A stretch of DNA of 64,000 bases from assembly GCA_012797775.1 (NCBI GenBank), contig JAAZOM010000029.1, positions 3,722-67,721 on the forward strand, given 5' to 3'. Position numbers and translations under genes: made by a program. Shown here piece after piece: positions 45,420-56,734 of this stretch (the stretch's first letter is position 1; every line of letters starts with the position of its first letter). The stretch is from Candidatus Kuenenbacteria bacterium (lineage in GTDB: Bacteria; Patescibacteriota; Patescibacteriia; UBA2196; GWA2-42-15). The notes under the pieces are model-generated. The model saw only the letters and a program-made list of their open reading frames with translations. It did no database searches and was not told the DNA's origin.

Positions 45420-47708
45420 ATGAATCAAGAACTATGTTATCAGAAAGTGGTTTTGGTGGCTAAGGGCGAAAATTTTTTTAGCCAGCAATTCCATGAACGT
45501 GAAGTGCCGTTCACTCTAGCTGATGAGAATGGTCTGGAAAGTTTAGATTTCGAGCCTGACTTGATTCTTGCAGTAAATCAGGGATTGAGGCGAGCAGAGG
45601 CATTTAAGGCAAAGTTTGCCTCGGCGACGGTAGTGGTCTGTCAAGGCGGCGCAAAGCACTTCTCTCCACTTTTGACAGTGGTTTGGGGGCAGGGTGTGAA
45701 TGAACACGATTACCACCATTTTGCCAGCTGGGATGCTTTTTTCAGCCTGCTTAGTACACCATTCTTGAAGCAGGAGAAAATATTGCAACAAGTCGATGAC
45801 GGTGTTTTTAACATCGATAGCGACTTGGCAAAAAAGACGGTGCCCCTAATGGATGGCGACGAAACCATGAGCAAGAGAACCCATGGTTTTAACAGCATGT
45901 ATTATACGGGGGAGAGATATTTAGGCTGGTATCTTGATTGGTTGGCAGAAGTAGAAAAAAAAAGGTTTCCGTGCCACTTCACCATGCGAACTGACGGCTC
46001 GGCTGGTAAAAAAAAGGTCTCCATAGTCTCGGTAAGATATTTCCCCGAAGTCCATGTCCACAAAGGGGTGGGAGTATTTAATTTGGAAGATTGGGCCATG
46101 TTTAGGGACAGTGACGGCAGAAAGTATCCGGCTTCGGTGGTGGGGGTAGATACAGGTGATCGCCAGATTATTACTTTTAAATTTGGCGTTCCATTGACTC
46201 GAAAAAAAGTATCAAGACTTACATGCTTTCAAAAAATAGTTAATAAGGCGATGCACAATAGGTATCTAGAGATGGTTCATAATTTGGAGGTGAATGAAGG
46301 AACATTGCCATTGAGAGTCTTGGCTGGCTCGGCGAATAATTCAGCGACCAAGTTTCCGGATGAAGTAAAAATTGATCCGAGAGGCCGCAAAATTTTGTGT
46401 GATCAGTGGCAATGTGAAGCTCTAGCGGCGACGATGAGCAATCAGCCAGTCACCTGCATAGAGGGTATTGGCGGATCTGGCAAGACAACACTCCAAGCTA
46501 TGGCGGCTAAAAATTTTTATCAACAGGGCAAGATTATCTTTTTGGTTTCTCATAGCAATAAAGGCTTGGATGTTTTACTCAATGAGGTTGTGCTTAATTT
46601 GGGTAAAGAACAATATCCATTTATCTTTCGTCTAGGAAATGGTAGACAAATGATAGAGAAAGTCAATCTACCATTTCACCGCCTAAATAGATTTGAAGCT
46701 GGAAAAGCCAGTGAATTGGAGCTGGCTGAAATTCAGAAAGCGATTAATAGTGGGAAGGGAGTTATTATCGCTTGTACTTTAAATGGTCTCATAGTTGATG
46801 AGACTATTAAAAAGATGCTGGAGGCTGGAATTTATCCAGATGTATCTTTTCTGGATGAGGCTAGCCGTGGCCATGTCTATGAAGTAGTTTTTCTTTATAG
46901 CATAACTAGGGAAAAAGTGATAAATACCCTCGACCGGCAGCAGCTTTCGAATATTCCTTTGTCAAGAGAAGCGCGCTCGGAGCTGCAGGAAAGCGGCTCA
47001 AGATTTGAAGAGATTGACGATTTTGACGCCGGGCTTTTAAAAACTTTTCTCAAAAAGGGTTTGTTGACCAGTATTTTTTTGAGGATTTGCCGACGATCAC
47101 TACCCAAAATTATTGAGGTGTTTAATGTTTTTTATGGTGGGCAGGTGATCCCTGGACGCTTTGAAGATGGCAATCAGGGGCAAGTAATTGTCTATGATTT
47201 CTGTAAGGCGCAGGATAGATGGGATGAGCCGAGCGGCAACTCTCTCATCAATAGGCGTGAGGCAAAGCTACTCGCGCAAGTTTTCAAACGCTATTGGAAA
47301 CAATCACCGGATCCTGATTTGGTTGGCATTATCACTTTTTATCAGGGGCAAGTTCGGGAAGTAAGAAAGAAACTCCGAGCGCCATTGATTTTTGCCCTTA
47401 GAGTTGAGCAAGAAGAATTTGATGCCAATATACCGGAGATTGTAAACACGGTGGATGCCTTTCAGGGCTCTCAGCGGCGGAGAATTTTGCTCTCCATGGT
47501 TAACTCGAATATGCTTTTTAACATAGGATTTAATCACCACGAAGAGAGGGTCGTGGTGGCTCTGACAAGAGCCCAGGATTGTTTGGTTATTTTTGTAAAT
47601 TCAGATACATATTTACAAAGTGATCAGGCATCCTCCAATACCAAGGGGGCTATCCAAAAGGCGATCGAAATTGCTAAGATGGATGGCGTGTATTTCTTGG
47701 TGAAATAA
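45420..47708 (+). CDS. Upf1/Dna2-like SF1B helicase with ~390-aa uncharacterised N-terminal domain (horizontally acquired, candidate defence gene)
   Basis: Q-motif LCDQWQCEALA, Walker A GIGGSGKTT, Walker B SFLDEAS, VDAFQGSQ and VALTRAQDCLVI motifs. GC and codon usage are higher than in neighbouring genes. SD GGGAGG precedes ATG 45420. Confidence 0.7.
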   Translation: MNQELCYQKVVLVAKGENFFSQQFHEREVPFTLADENGLESLDFEPDLILAVNQGLRRAEAFKAKFASATVVVCQGGAKHFSPLLTVVWGQGVNEHDYHHFASWDAFFSLLSTPFLKQEKILQQVDDGVFNIDSDLAKKTVPLMDGDETMSKRTHGFNSMYYTGERYLGWYLDWLAEVEKKRFPCHFTMRTDGSAGKKKVSIVSVRYFPEVHVHKGVGVFNLEDWAMFRDSDGRKYPASVVGVDTGDRQIITFKFGVPLTRKKVSRLTCFQKIVNKAMHNRYLEMVHNLEVNEGTLPLRVLAGSANNSATKFPDEVKIDPRGRKILCDQWQCEALAATMSNQPVTCIEGIGGSGKTTLQAMAAKNFYQQGKIIFLVSHSNKGLDVLLNEVVLNLGKEQYPFIFRLGNGRQMIEKVNLPFHRLNRFEAGKASELELAEIQKAINSGKGVIIACTLNGLIVDETIKKMLEAGIYPDVSFLDEASRGHVYEVVFLYSITREKVINTLDRQQLSNIPLSREARSELQESGSRFEEIDDFDAGLLKTFLKKGLLTSIFLRICRRSLPKIIEVFNVFYGGQVIPGRFEDGNQGQVIVYDFCKAQDRWDEPSGNSLINRREAKLLAQVFKRYWKQSPDPDLVGIITFYQGQVREVRKKLRAPLIFALRVEQEEFDANIPEIVNTVDAFQGSQRRRILLSMVNSNMLFNIGFNHHEERVVVALTRAQDCLVIFVNSDTYLQSDQASSNTKGAIQKAIEIAKMDGVYFLVK

Positions 47709-47737
47709 TAAAAAAGGCAAAAAAAGAACGGCGATCT

Positions 47738-47772
47738 GCAAAATGCACAGAACGCCGTTTTTATTTGGGCGA
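47738..47772 (+). terminator. Rho-independent terminator after the helicase gene
   Basis: GAACGGCG..CGCCGTT hairpin followed by TTTATTT. Confidence 0.55.
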
Positions 47773-47804
47773 GATGCCACCGCATTGGGCATGAATCCTT
47801 TTGC

Positions 47805-48020
47805 TCAATATAATTGTTGATGGTATTGAGACAGACACCTCGCCTGGAGTGCCAAGCCCAAAATGATGTGGGCGGCTTTCCATGTCCTCGACCTCATCTT
47901 TTTTTTGGGCATTCGGGTGGCCGGCTCGCAGTGAGCAGCCACCCATTGAGGTACAGTTGGGCACAAAAACCTAACTGCCACCTGGGCACTCCAATTTAGG
48001 AGTTGCGATACGAAGAACAT
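47805..48020 (-). CDS. Possible 71-aa protein in a GC-rich spacer
   Basis: Strong SD AAAGGAGGA lies 5 nt before the ATG. ~55% GC. It competes with a possible ncRNA interpretation. Confidence 0.25.
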   Translation of the reverse strand: MFFVSQLLNWSAQVAVRFLCPTVPQWVAAHCEPATRMPKKKMRSRTWKAAHIILGLALQARCLSQYHQQLY

Positions 48021-48141
48021 ATCCGTCCTCCTTTGTTGGAATGTTCAGTTTTTACTCTAACAAAAGAGAAAAATAAGTCAAGAGTTTATTTAAAAACAAA
48101 AACATCAATCTGATAGATTGATGTTTTTGAAAAAAGATACT

Positions 48142-48153
48142 CGGGGGTGACTA
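48142..48153. repeat. Direct repeat of the tRNA-His 3' end plus flank (CGGGGGTGACTA), second copy at 48295-48306
   Basis: 12-bp identical copies ~150 bp apart bracketing a GC-rich segment. Confidence 0.5.
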
Positions 48154-48296
48154 CTCGCCTCGCTGGACCCGCCTAGACTCGTTAGGCGAGGCTGGCGCAA
48201 GTCGAAGCGGGCTGGGATTTGTCCCGAGATAAACTCGGGATAAAAACCCAGACTAGCGGGACCATCCCCCACCAAAATTTGGAGGAAGGGTGTCCG

Positions 48297-48372
48297 GGGG
48301 TGACTAGAGGGAATTGAACCCTCGCTAGCGGGACCACAACCCGCTGTTCTACCATTAAACTATAGTCACCCC
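48297..48372 (-). tRNA. tRNA-His (anticodon GTG) with encoded G-1
   Basis: G-1 + GGGTGAC acceptor, anticodon loop TTGTGGT, T arm GAGGGTTCAATTCCCTC. No CCA. Confidence 0.85.
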
Positions 48373-48409
48373 CCAACATCCTTGTCTGCTTGGGGGTTTT
48401 GGTGGGGGA

Positions 48410-48438
48410 CTGTTCTACTACTAAACTATAGTCACCCC
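48410..48438 (-). pseudogene. Partial duplicate of the tRNA-His 5' half (acceptor + D arm)
   Basis: GGGGTGACTATAGTTTAGTAGTAGAACAG mirrors the tRNA-His 5' half but lacks anticodon and T arms. Confidence 0.5.
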
Positions 48439-48458
48439 TAAATATCTTTTTGTTGAGC

Positions 48459-48533
48459 TGGTACCCCCGAGAGGAATCGAACCCCTATAACCAGCTTAGA
48501 AGGCTGGTGTTCTATCCATTGAACTACGGGGGC
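48459..48533 (-). tRNA. tRNA-Arg (anticodon TCT), CCA encoded
   Basis: Cloverleaf GCCCCCG..loop CTTCTAA..GGGGTTCGATTCCTCT..CGGGGGTACCA. Confidence 0.85.
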
Positions 48534-48952
48534 ATAAAATAATTAAAAAACTTTCAGTCTTAATTTCCGAATAATAATTAATTTTTATAATTTTTAAAGA
48601 AAATTTGCGGAATTGGGGACACTGGGGTAAAAAATTAGCTTTTGGGCTAGAAAACAATAAAAAAGCTAAAGTTGAAGCTTACTTAGATAAACATACACTA
48701 AAATGCTTTTTTTTTCAAGTTTTGGCCAAATATTTGACAGAACTTGTGGTTGGTGATATTGTAAAGGAAGACAATATTTTATTTATCCACACCTGCCTTT
48801 AGGATGATATTACCCAAAATATTAATGATTTTAAGGCAGTTTATCAAATCAAATAAAAATATCCTTTAATACACAAATTTCGGCCGGCTGCAAGGTGGTT
48901 GCCGAGTTATTTTTTTGTGTACATTTTTGTTATTCGTAAACTATTTTAAAAA

Positions 48953-51900
48953 ATGTCTAATACGAACAGGAAAAATGAGAGATTTTATTTCGGGCGCAAA
49001 CATGATGTTCATGATTTGCCTGATTTAATAGAGAGCCAAAAGAATTCTTATAAGTGGTTTGTAGATGAGGGGTTAAGAGAATTGTTTGAAGAGATCAATC
49101 CAATAAGAGATTATATTGGGAGAGATTTGGAATTATATTTTTCCGATTATTTTTTGGATGAACCAAGGTTTGACGAAGTGGTGGCTCGTAAGAGAAATAC
49201 AACCTATGAAGCGGCACTTCGTGTAAAGACAAAACTGGTGAATAAAAGAACTGGTGAAGTAAAGGAACAGGAGGTTTATTTGGCTGATTTTCCTTTGATG
49301 ACCGACAGGGGAACCTTTATCATTAACGGGATTGAAAGGGTGATAGTTTCTCAACTTATAAGATCGGCGGGAGTATTTTTTACTTCAGAATATATAATGG
49401 GTAAGAGATATTATGGAGCAAAAATTATTCCAAATAGGGGAGCTTGGTTGGAAATAGAGACAGGAGCCAATGGGGTGATCACGGTGAAGATAGATAGAAA
49501 AAGAAAAGTGCCGATAACTTCACTTATGCGGGCTTTTGGTTATACAACCGATGAGGAGATAAAGGAAATCTTTAGGGATGTCGACATATTGCCTGATTTT
49601 AAATATATAAATATCACCTTGGAAAAGGATCCAGCTAAAACAGAAGCTGATGGCTTGAGAGAAGTTTATAAAAGAATAAGACCGGGAGATTTGGCAACAA
49701 CCGACAACGCTAGGACCTTGATACATTCAATGTTTTTTAATTTTGATAGATATGATTTTGGCAAGGTGGGACGTTATAAGCTCAACCAGCGTTTTGGGGA
49801 AAATTCACCTTTGGATAGAGAAAACAGGGTTTTTAAGAAGAGCGATTTGGAAAATATTTTAAAAGAAATAATTAAACTTAATATCAGCCAAAGAGAGGCA
49901 GACGATATAGACCATCTTGGTAATAGAAGGATCAGGGCGGTGGGCGAATTGATACAAAATAGATTTCGTTTGGGGATGGCCAGAATGGAGAGAGCAATAG
50001 TGGACAAGATGAGCACGGTGGACATAGCTAGCGTTAATCCAGCACAGCTTATTAATGCCAGACCAATTATGGGAGCAGTGAAGGAGTTTTTTATGTCTTC
50101 ACAGCTTTCCCAATTCATGGATCAGACAAATCTTTTGGCTGAGTTGGAACATAAGCGCAGAATTTCTGCCATGGGCCCGGGGGGGCTTTCGCGCGAGAGA
50201 GCAGGCTTTGAAGTGAGAGATGTACATCGTACTCATTATGGCAGGATTTGTCCAATTGCTACGCCAGAGGGTCCAAATATCGGGCTAGTCGGCCATTTGT
50301 CTTCTTATGCCCGGGTGAATAATTATGGTTTTATAGAAACACCCTATAGAAAAGTAATAAAAAGCGAGAGCAATAAACCAAGGGTGACAAAGGAAATAGT
50401 TTATTTGGATGCTTTTGCTGAGGAAAAATCAACAACTACGGCAGCAACGACTCCGATTGATGATCAGGGTAATTTTTTACAAGAAAAAGCAGCTATTAGA
50501 AAAGAGGGCGAGCCAGTTTTGGGATCAGTAGAAGAGATTGATTATATGGATGTGGCGCCAAATCAGATAGTTTCAGTGGGGACATCTTTGATACCATTTT
50601 TGGAGCATGATGACGCCGTGAGGGCCCTTATGGGTACAAACATGCAAAGACAGGCAGTGCCAGTAATAAAGCCAGGGGCTCCGCTCGTGGCAACAGGCAT
50701 TGAGAGATCAGCGGCGATTGGTTCGGGGCAGGTTTTGGCGGCAGAAAATGATGGCACGGTTTTGAATGTTCAAGCGGACAAAATAGAAATTTTGGAAGAA
50801 GATGGCAACATAAGAACTCATAATTTGGTAAAATTTGTTAGATCCAATGCTTCAACGTGTTTAAATCAGCGAGTAATAATAGAAAAAGGAGACAAGGTGA
50901 AGAAGGGGGATGTTTTGGCTGATAGTGCTGCTTGCGATCAAGGGGAGTTGGCTTTGGGACAAAATTTATTGGTGGCTTTTATGCCTTGGGAAGGCGGTAA
51001 TTATGAAGATGCTATATTACTTTCCGAAAAATTGGTTCACAACGACAAGTATACTTCTATTCATATTGAGGATTATATTATTGATGTACGCGAGACAAAG
51101 TTGGGGCCAGAGGTCGTGACTAGAGACATACCAAATATTGGAGAAGAAAAACTCAAAAATCTGGATGAAGACGGCGTGGTAAGAATTGGAGCTGAAGTTT
51201 CCTCAGGTGATATCTTGGTGGGGAAAATAACACCAAAAGGAGAAACAGAGTTGACGGCTGAAGAGAGATTGCTTCGGGCAATTTTTGGTGAAAAGGCCAA
51301 AGAAGTTAGAGATACCTCTTTATATTTGGAGCATGGTGAACACGGAAAAGTTGTGGATATAAAATTATTTACTAGAGCAGCGGGTGATAAGTTGCCAGCT
51401 GGGGTAATAAAACAGATCCAAGTTTCCGTGGCTCATATGAGAAAAATACAAGTGGGGGACAAGATGGCTGGGCGTCATGGCAATAAGGGTGTAGTCTCAA
51501 GAATCGTGGCGGTAGAAGATATGCCCAGACTACCAGATGGTACGCCAGTAGATATTATTTTGAATCCTTTGGGCGTGGCATCGAGAATGAACTTGGGGCA
51601 AATATTGGAAACCCATTTGGGGCTGGTAGCTCACGATAGAGGGTTGAAGGTGGTGACGCCGCCCTTGGACGGAGTGCCAGAAGAAACAATAAAAAAAGAA
51701 CTTGAGGAACTTGGTTATTCAAAGACAGGCAAGATGGTTTTGATTGATGGCAGAACTGGTGAGCCATTTAAAAATCCTAGTACGGTTGGTTATATCTATA
51801 TGTTAAAGTTGGTGCATATGGTGGAGGATAAAATCCACCAGAGGTCAATTGGTCCATATTCTTTGGTAACACAACAACCACTTGGCGGTAAGGCTCAATT

Positions 51901-52246
51901 CGGCGGGCAGAGATTTGGGGAAATGGAGGTCTGGGCGCTTGAGGCTTATGGTGCGGCTTATACATTGCAGGAAATTTTGACCATAAAATCAGATGATGTG
52001 CCGGGCAGGTCAAAAGCCTATGAATCGATAATCAAGGGTGAGGCAATTAGCAAGCTAAATATCCCAGAATCTTTTAATGTTTTGATAAGAGAGCTCAAGG
52101 GGCTATGCCTGGATGTGGAACTAATGAAAGAGGGCGGGGTGGTGAACAAAGATGGAGAGTTTAAGATAGTGGACGGCATGACAAAGAAAGAGATAAAGGA
52201 AAAAGCTACAGAAGAGGCAGCAGGAGAAGATGGAGAGGAATCCTAA
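48953..52246 (+). CDS. rpoB: DNA-directed RNA polymerase subunit beta
   Basis: 1097 aa with conserved beta-subunit blocks (e.g. [18 protein letters not shown]). Confidence 0.97.
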   Translation: MSNTNRKNERFYFGRKHDVHDLPDLIESQKNSYKWFVDEGLRELFEEINPIRDYIGRDLELYFSDYFLDEPRFDEVVARKRNTTYEAALRVKTKLVNKRTGEVKEQEVYLADFPLMTDRGTFIINGIERVIVSQLIRSAGVFFTSEYIMGKRYYGAKIIPNRGAWLEIETGANGVITVKIDRKRKVPITSLMRAFGYTTDEEIKEIFRDVDILPDFKYINITLEKDPAKTEADGLREVYKRIRPGDLATTDNARTLIHSMFFNFDRYDFGKVGRYKLNQRFGENSPLDRENRVFKKSDLENILKEIIKLNISQREADDIDHLGNRRIRAVGELIQNRFRLGMARMERAIVDKMSTVDIASVNPAQLINARPIMGAVKEFFMSSQLSQFMDQTNLLAELEHKRRISAMGPGGLSRERAGFEVRDVHRTHYGRICPIATPEGPNIGLVGHLSSYARVNNYGFIETPYRKVIKSESNKPRVTKEIVYLDAFAEEKSTTTAATTPIDDQGNFLQEKAAIRKEGEPVLGSVEEIDYMDVAPNQIVSVGTSLIPFLEHDDAVRALMGTNMQRQAVPVIKPGAPLVATGIERSAAIGSGQVLAAENDGTVLNVQADKIEILEEDGNIRTHNLVKFVRSNASTCLNQRVIIEKGDKVKKGDVLADSAACDQGELALGQNLLVAFMPWEGGNYEDAILLSEKLVHNDKYTSIHIEDYIIDVRETKLGPEVVTRDIPNIGEEKLKNLDEDGVVRIGAEVSSGDILVGKITPKGETELTAEERLLRAIFGEKAKEVRDTSLYLEHGEHGKVVDIKLFTRAAGDKLPAGVIKQIQVSVAHMRKIQVGDKMAGRHGNKGVVSRIVAVEDMPRLPDGTPVDIILNPLGVASRMNLGQILETHLGLVAHDRGLKVVTPPLDGVPEETIKKELEELGYSKTGKMVLIDGRTGEPFKNPSTVGYIYMLKLVHMVEDKIHQRSIGPYSLVTQQPLGGKAQFGGQRFGEMEVWALEAYGAAYTLQEILTIKSDDVPGRSKAYESIIKGEAISKLNIPESFNVLIRELKGLCLDVELMKEGGVVNKDGEFKIVDGMTKKEIKEKATEEAAGEDGEES

Positions 52247-52266
52247 TTATATATAAATAATGATTT

Positions 52267-55200
52267 ATGTTTAATGAATTCCAACAACCAGTATTAGATT
52301 TTGATAGCATTCGTCTCAAAGTGGCCTCACCTGAGGCAATACACAAGTGGTCACATGGGGAGGTTTTAAAGCCGGAGACTATTAATTACCGCACACAGAA
52401 GCCAGAAAAAGATGGTTTATTTTGCGAGCGCATTTTTGGCCCGACTAAAGATTGGGAGTGTTATTGTGGCAAGTATAAAAGAATACGCTATAAGGGAATC
52501 GTGTGTGATAAGTGCGGAGTGGAGGTGACCAGGTCGATAGTTCGAAGAGAGAGGATGGGGCATATTGATCTCGTAGTGCCAGTCTCACATATCTGGTTTT
52601 TGCGCGGCATTCCTTCAAAATTGGGATTGGTTTTGGATATTTCCCCACAGGCATTGGAGAGAGTGATATATTTTGCTGATTATATCATTTTAAAAGTTGA
52701 CGAAGAGTTGAAACAACAAACAGTAGAACAGATACAAGATGAATATAAATCTAGGAAGAAACAGATAGAGGGTGATTTTAATAATAGAATAAAGCAAGCC
52801 GGTGGCAGTGATCCAGCCAAAAAAGAGGCCCTGATTAATCAACTTAACAATGCCAAAAAAGAGGCATTGGATGAGCTAGCTGCGGCTTTGGACAAAGCTA
52901 AAAAAGAATTGTCAGAATTAAAACCATTAAAAATTATTTCCGAGAGTTCTTATCAGGATTTATCATTAAAATATGGACATGTTTTTGATGCAGGTATTGG
53001 AGCAGAAGCAGTTCATCGTATACTTCAGGATTTGAATTTGCAGGCGACAATAGATCAGATAGAGGCAGAAATGAAAAAAACTACTGGTGGGGCAAAAAAG
53101 AAGATGGCCAAAAGATTGAAATTGTTTAATGCCTTGATAAAAAATCAGATAAAGCCTGAATGGATGATTATCACAAGTTTGCCGGTAATCCCGCCGGATC
53201 TGCGGCCGATGGTCCAGCTCGACGGGGGGAGATTTGCGGCTAGTGATTTGAACGATTTGTATCGTCGGGTGATAAATCGCAATAACCGTTTGAAAAAATT
53301 GATAGAGCTGGAAGCCCCAGAGGTTATTTGTCGTAACGAAAAAAGAATGCTTCAGGAGGCAGTGGACGCCCTGATTGATAATTCGGCCAGGCATGGCAAG
53401 ACGGTGACTGCGTCAACCGGACAAAAAAGAATGCTTAAATCTTTGGCGGATATTTTGAAAGGCAAGCAGGGTCGTTTTCGTCAGAATTTGCTCGGTAAAA
53501 GAGTAGACTATTCGGGCAGAAGCGTAATAGTAGTCGGACCATATTTAAAAATAAATGAATGTGGTTTGCCAAAGAGAATGGCTTTGGAATTGTTCAAGCC
53601 GTTTATTATTGCGGAGCTCATAAAGAAGGAGTATGTACATAATGTTAGAAGTGCCAATAGATTTATAGAATCTGACAGAAGTGAAGTTTGGGATATTTTG
53701 GAAAAGATAACCAAAAAGGCGCATGTACTTTTGAATCGTGCGCCAACGCTGCATCGTTTGGGTATTCAAGCTTTTAAACCGATATTAATAGAAGGTAAGG
53801 CGGTACAGCTCCATCCTTTGGTTTGTCCACCTTTCAATGCAGATTTTGACGGAGACCAGATGGCAGTGCATGTGCCTTTGACCGAAGAGGCAAAACAAGA
53901 AGCGGCTGAGATAATTTTATCTAGTAAAAATATTTTGAAACCAGCAACTGGTGATCCTTCAATCACGCCATCGCAGGATTTTGTATTGGGTTGTTATATT
54001 TTGACCAGTATAAAAGAGAAAGAAGGTGAAAAGACAAAAATCTTTTCTAGCGAAACAGAAGCCACACAGGCTTATGAAGCCAACGTGATCGGGCTTCAAG
54101 ATAAGATAAAAGTGCGTTTGAAAAAAGAAGGATTGGTGGAGACAAGCATCGGCCGTCTTATTTTTAATAGAATCGTGCCAGAGAGTATGGGTTTTGTGAA
54201 TAAACAAATGGATAAGGGCGCCCTAAAAAATTTAGTTAGAAATGTACTAGAGAGTGATGGCACAGAGAGTGCAGTGGAATTTTTGGATAGCATAAAAGAT
54301 CTTTCTATAAAATATGTGACTTTGTCAGGGATTTCTTGGGGTATGGATGATTTGCCTGATTTGCCTGAGAAGCACGCCATTTTTGAGGAAGCGGAAAAAG
54401 AAGTAGAGGAAGTAGAAAATCAATATAATCTTGGTTTTCTCACCAACGATGAACGGCACGTGAAGATCGTAGAAATTTGGGCTGGAGTAAAAGATAAGGT
54501 GGCTGATTTGTGTAAAGAAAAGCTGGACAAGGGCGGATCGGTATTTGCGATGATGAATTCTGGTGCCAGAGGATCATGGGGGCAGACGACTCAGATGATG
54601 GGCATGAGAGGACTTATGGCCAATCCGAGTGGCGATACGATTGAGTTACCAGTGAAAGCATCGTTGAAAGAGGGAATGCAAGTGCTTGAATATTTCATTA
54701 CAACTCATGGTGCTAGAAAGGGACTTTCAGATACGGCTTTGCGTACCGCTAATGCAGGATATTTGACTAGAAGATTAATAGATGTGGCTCAGGATGTAAT
54801 TATTTCTGAGGAAGATTGTGGTGATGAAGAGGGTGTCGCGATAACTAAAAAAGAATCACAGGCGATGAACGAGACGGTGGTGAAAAGAATAAAAGGCAGA
54901 GTGCTCTCAGAGGATATCCTAGATGCCAAGGGAAAAGTAGTGGCCAAGGCAGGCGAAGTTGTTGATGAGGATTTGGCCAAAAAAATAGAGGCTTTGGATC
55001 CAGAGGAAATAAAAATTAGATCGGTTTTGTCATGTAAATCAAAGAGAGGAGCTTGTGCCAAATGTTATGGCTGGGATCTTGGCTATAATCATCTGGTTAG
55101 AAATGGTGTAGCTGTTGGTATTATTGCCGCTCAGAGTATTGGTGAGCCGGGTACCCAGTTGACCATGAGAACTTTTCATACTGGTGGTGTGGCCGGAAGC

Positions 55201-56166
55201 GGGGATATCACCCAAGGTTTGCCAAGGGTAGAAGAGATTTTCGAGGCCCGGCCGGTAAAGAAGCCGGCAATTATTGCGCCGGTGTCTGGCACGGTAGAGA
55301 TAGTTAATAATGAGATCACTAGGGAAAAATTGATTAAGATTGCTGGTGTAGAGACAGAAGAAGAGAAGTTTTTTGTGCAAGGTAAAAACCAGGAAAAGGT
55401 AGCAGTTAAAAATAATGCCAAGGTAAAAAAGGGAGATATTTTAGTGGAGGGGCAGAAAAAAATCAGAGCGCCATTTGACGGCAAGGTGGTGATAGAAGAA
55501 GAAAACGAGAGCCGGACAATACTCAAGGTGGTCAAAGAAGAAGAAGTGGTCAAAGAGATGGAGATAGGTCGTGGAGTGACGATACTCGTCAATAATGGAG
55601 ATTGGGTAGAAAAGGGAGATCAGCTGACCAGTGGCTCGATAGATCTTTTTGAGCTTTATAAACTCAAAGGCCAGAGGGCAGTAGAAAATTATGTGATTAA
55701 AGAAATACAATATGTTTATTCTTCACAGGGTCAGCCGCTTAATGATAAACATATTGAAGTTATTGTGAAAAAGATGTTCTCCAAGGTTTTGATTGAAGAC
55801 GCAGGCGATACACTGTTTTCACCCGGAGAAGTTATAGAGAAAGTCGACTTGGATGAGGAAAATGAAAAGATGGATAAGGAGAAAAAACAAAAGGCCATTG
55901 CCAATACAATACTACTTGGTATTACTAAATCATCTTTAGCTACACAGTCATTTTTGTCAGCGGCTTCTTTCCAGGAAACAACAAGAGTCCTTATTGACGC
56001 GGCTATTACCGGAAAGGTTGATCATTTGAGAGGGCTTAAAGAGAATGTGATTATAGGCAAGCTCATACCCTGTGGTAGCGGCTATGATAAAGAGGCATAT
56101 CTGCCGAAAAGAGAAGTGGAAGTAGAGGAAAGCGAGGAGGCGGTAGGGCTGGCAGAGGAAGCTTAG
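52267..56166 (+). CDS. rpoC: DNA-directed RNA polymerase subunit beta'
   Basis: 1299 aa with a zinc ribbon ([14 protein letters not shown]) and the [12 protein letters not shown] catalytic motif. Confidence 0.97.
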   Translation: MFNEFQQPVLDFDSIRLKVASPEAIHKWSHGEVLKPETINYRTQKPEKDGLFCERIFGPTKDWECYCGKYKRIRYKGIVCDKCGVEVTRSIVRRERMGHIDLVVPVSHIWFLRGIPSKLGLVLDISPQALERVIYFADYIILKVDEELKQQTVEQIQDEYKSRKKQIEGDFNNRIKQAGGSDPAKKEALINQLNNAKKEALDELAAALDKAKKELSELKPLKIISESSYQDLSLKYGHVFDAGIGAEAVHRILQDLNLQATIDQIEAEMKKTTGGAKKKMAKRLKLFNALIKNQIKPEWMIITSLPVIPPDLRPMVQLDGGRFAASDLNDLYRRVINRNNRLKKLIELEAPEVICRNEKRMLQEAVDALIDNSARHGKTVTASTGQKRMLKSLADILKGKQGRFRQNLLGKRVDYSGRSVIVVGPYLKINECGLPKRMALELFKPFIIAELIKKEYVHNVRSANRFIESDRSEVWDILEKITKKAHVLLNRAPTLHRLGIQAFKPILIEGKAVQLHPLVCPPFNADFDGDQMAVHVPLTEEAKQEAAEIILSSKNILKPATGDPSITPSQDFVLGCYILTSIKEKEGEKTKIFSSETEATQAYEANVIGLQDKIKVRLKKEGLVETSIGRLIFNRIVPESMGFVNKQMDKGALKNLVRNVLESDGTESAVEFLDSIKDLSIKYVTLSGISWGMDDLPDLPEKHAIFEEAEKEVEEVENQYNLGFLTNDERHVKIVEIWAGVKDKVADLCKEKLDKGGSVFAMMNSGARGSWGQTTQMMGMRGLMANPSGDTIELPVKASLKEGMQVLEYFITTHGARKGLSDTALRTANAGYLTRRLIDVAQDVIISEEDCGDEEGVAITKKESQAMNETVVKRIKGRVLSEDILDAKGKVVAKAGEVVDEDLAKKIEALDPEEIKIRSVLSCKSKRGACAKCYGWDLGYNHLVRNGVAVGIIAAQSIGEPGTQLTMRTFHTGGVAGSGDITQGLPRVEEIFEARPVKKPAIIAPVSGTVEIVNNEITREKLIKIAGVETEEEKFFVQGKNQEKVAVKNNAKVKKGDILVEGQKKIRAPFDGKVVIEEENESRTILKVVKEEEVVKEMEIGRGVTILVNNGDWVEKGDQLTSGSIDLFELYKLKGQRAVENYVIKEIQYVYSSQGQPLNDKHIEVIVKKMFSKVLIEDAGDTLFSPGEVIEKVDLDEENEKMDKEKKQKAIANTILLGITKSSLATQSFLSAASFQETTRVLIDAAITGKVDHLRGLKENVIIGKLIPCGSGYDKEAYLPKREVEVEESEEAVGLAEEA

Positions 56167-56180
56167 GAAATATTTAAAAC

Positions 56181-56220
56181 ATCCCTAGTGAGAACTGGGG
56201 ATGTTTTATTTTTGTAATTT
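56181..56220 (+). terminator. Rho-independent terminator after rpoC
   Basis: ACATCCCTAGTGAGAACTGGGGATGT hairpin followed by TTTATTTTTG. Confidence 0.7.
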
Positions 56221-56253
56221 TTTAACAAGGGGCTTTGCTTTAGGTGGGCTAAA

Positions 56254-56706
56254 TTAAGCTTTGTTTTTTAGTAGCTTGATGGCTTCCAAAGAAAGTGCTT
56301 TTGTATTTTTGGGGGCGCCCCCAAGAGTTTTTATTTCCTTGGCAGTAAACCATTTTAGGTTGGTGGTCTCTCCATTTTGCGGATTAATTTTATTAGATTT
56401 AGCTGAAGCATAATAGATAAAGTCTATATGTTGGTGGAATTGATTGATATTTTCCAGCAAGATGTGCATGGGGCGAAATAATTGCTTGGCATCTCCCATT
56501 TTTATTTGTTTATCAGGATTATACATTGTTATTTCTAGGCCAGATTCTTCTTTTATTTCGCGCAAGGCGGCTTCCTGCGGCAATTCATCGCGGTCGATAT
56601 GGCCTCCAACAGGAATCCAAATACCGAGCTTTTTGTGCAAATGTAAAAGCACTTTATTTTTGTGTACTATTATGGTTGTAGCGGTAAAGTGTCTTGTTAT
56701 TTCCAT
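56254..56706 (-). CDS. NUDIX hydrolase
   Basis: Nudix box GGHIDRDELPQEAALREIKEESGL. Confidence 0.8.
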   Translation of the reverse strand: MEITRHFTATTIIVHKNKVLLHLHKKLGIWIPVGGHIDRDELPQEAALREIKEESGLEITMYNPDKQIKMGDAKQLFRPMHILLENINQFHQHIDFIYYASAKSNKINPQNGETTNLKWFTAKEIKTLGGAPKNTKALSLEAIKLLKNKA

Positions 56707-56734
56707 ATGGAAAATAGCGAAGCGAGTGATGTCC

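Noticed and set aside
47773-48060. RNase P RNA or tmRNA in the GC-rich spacer
   Set aside because: Only a loose GGAAAGCCGCCC resemblance to the P4 region. No matching 3' P4 strand, no tag-peptide reading frame and no tRNA-like 3' end, so the call is unsupported.
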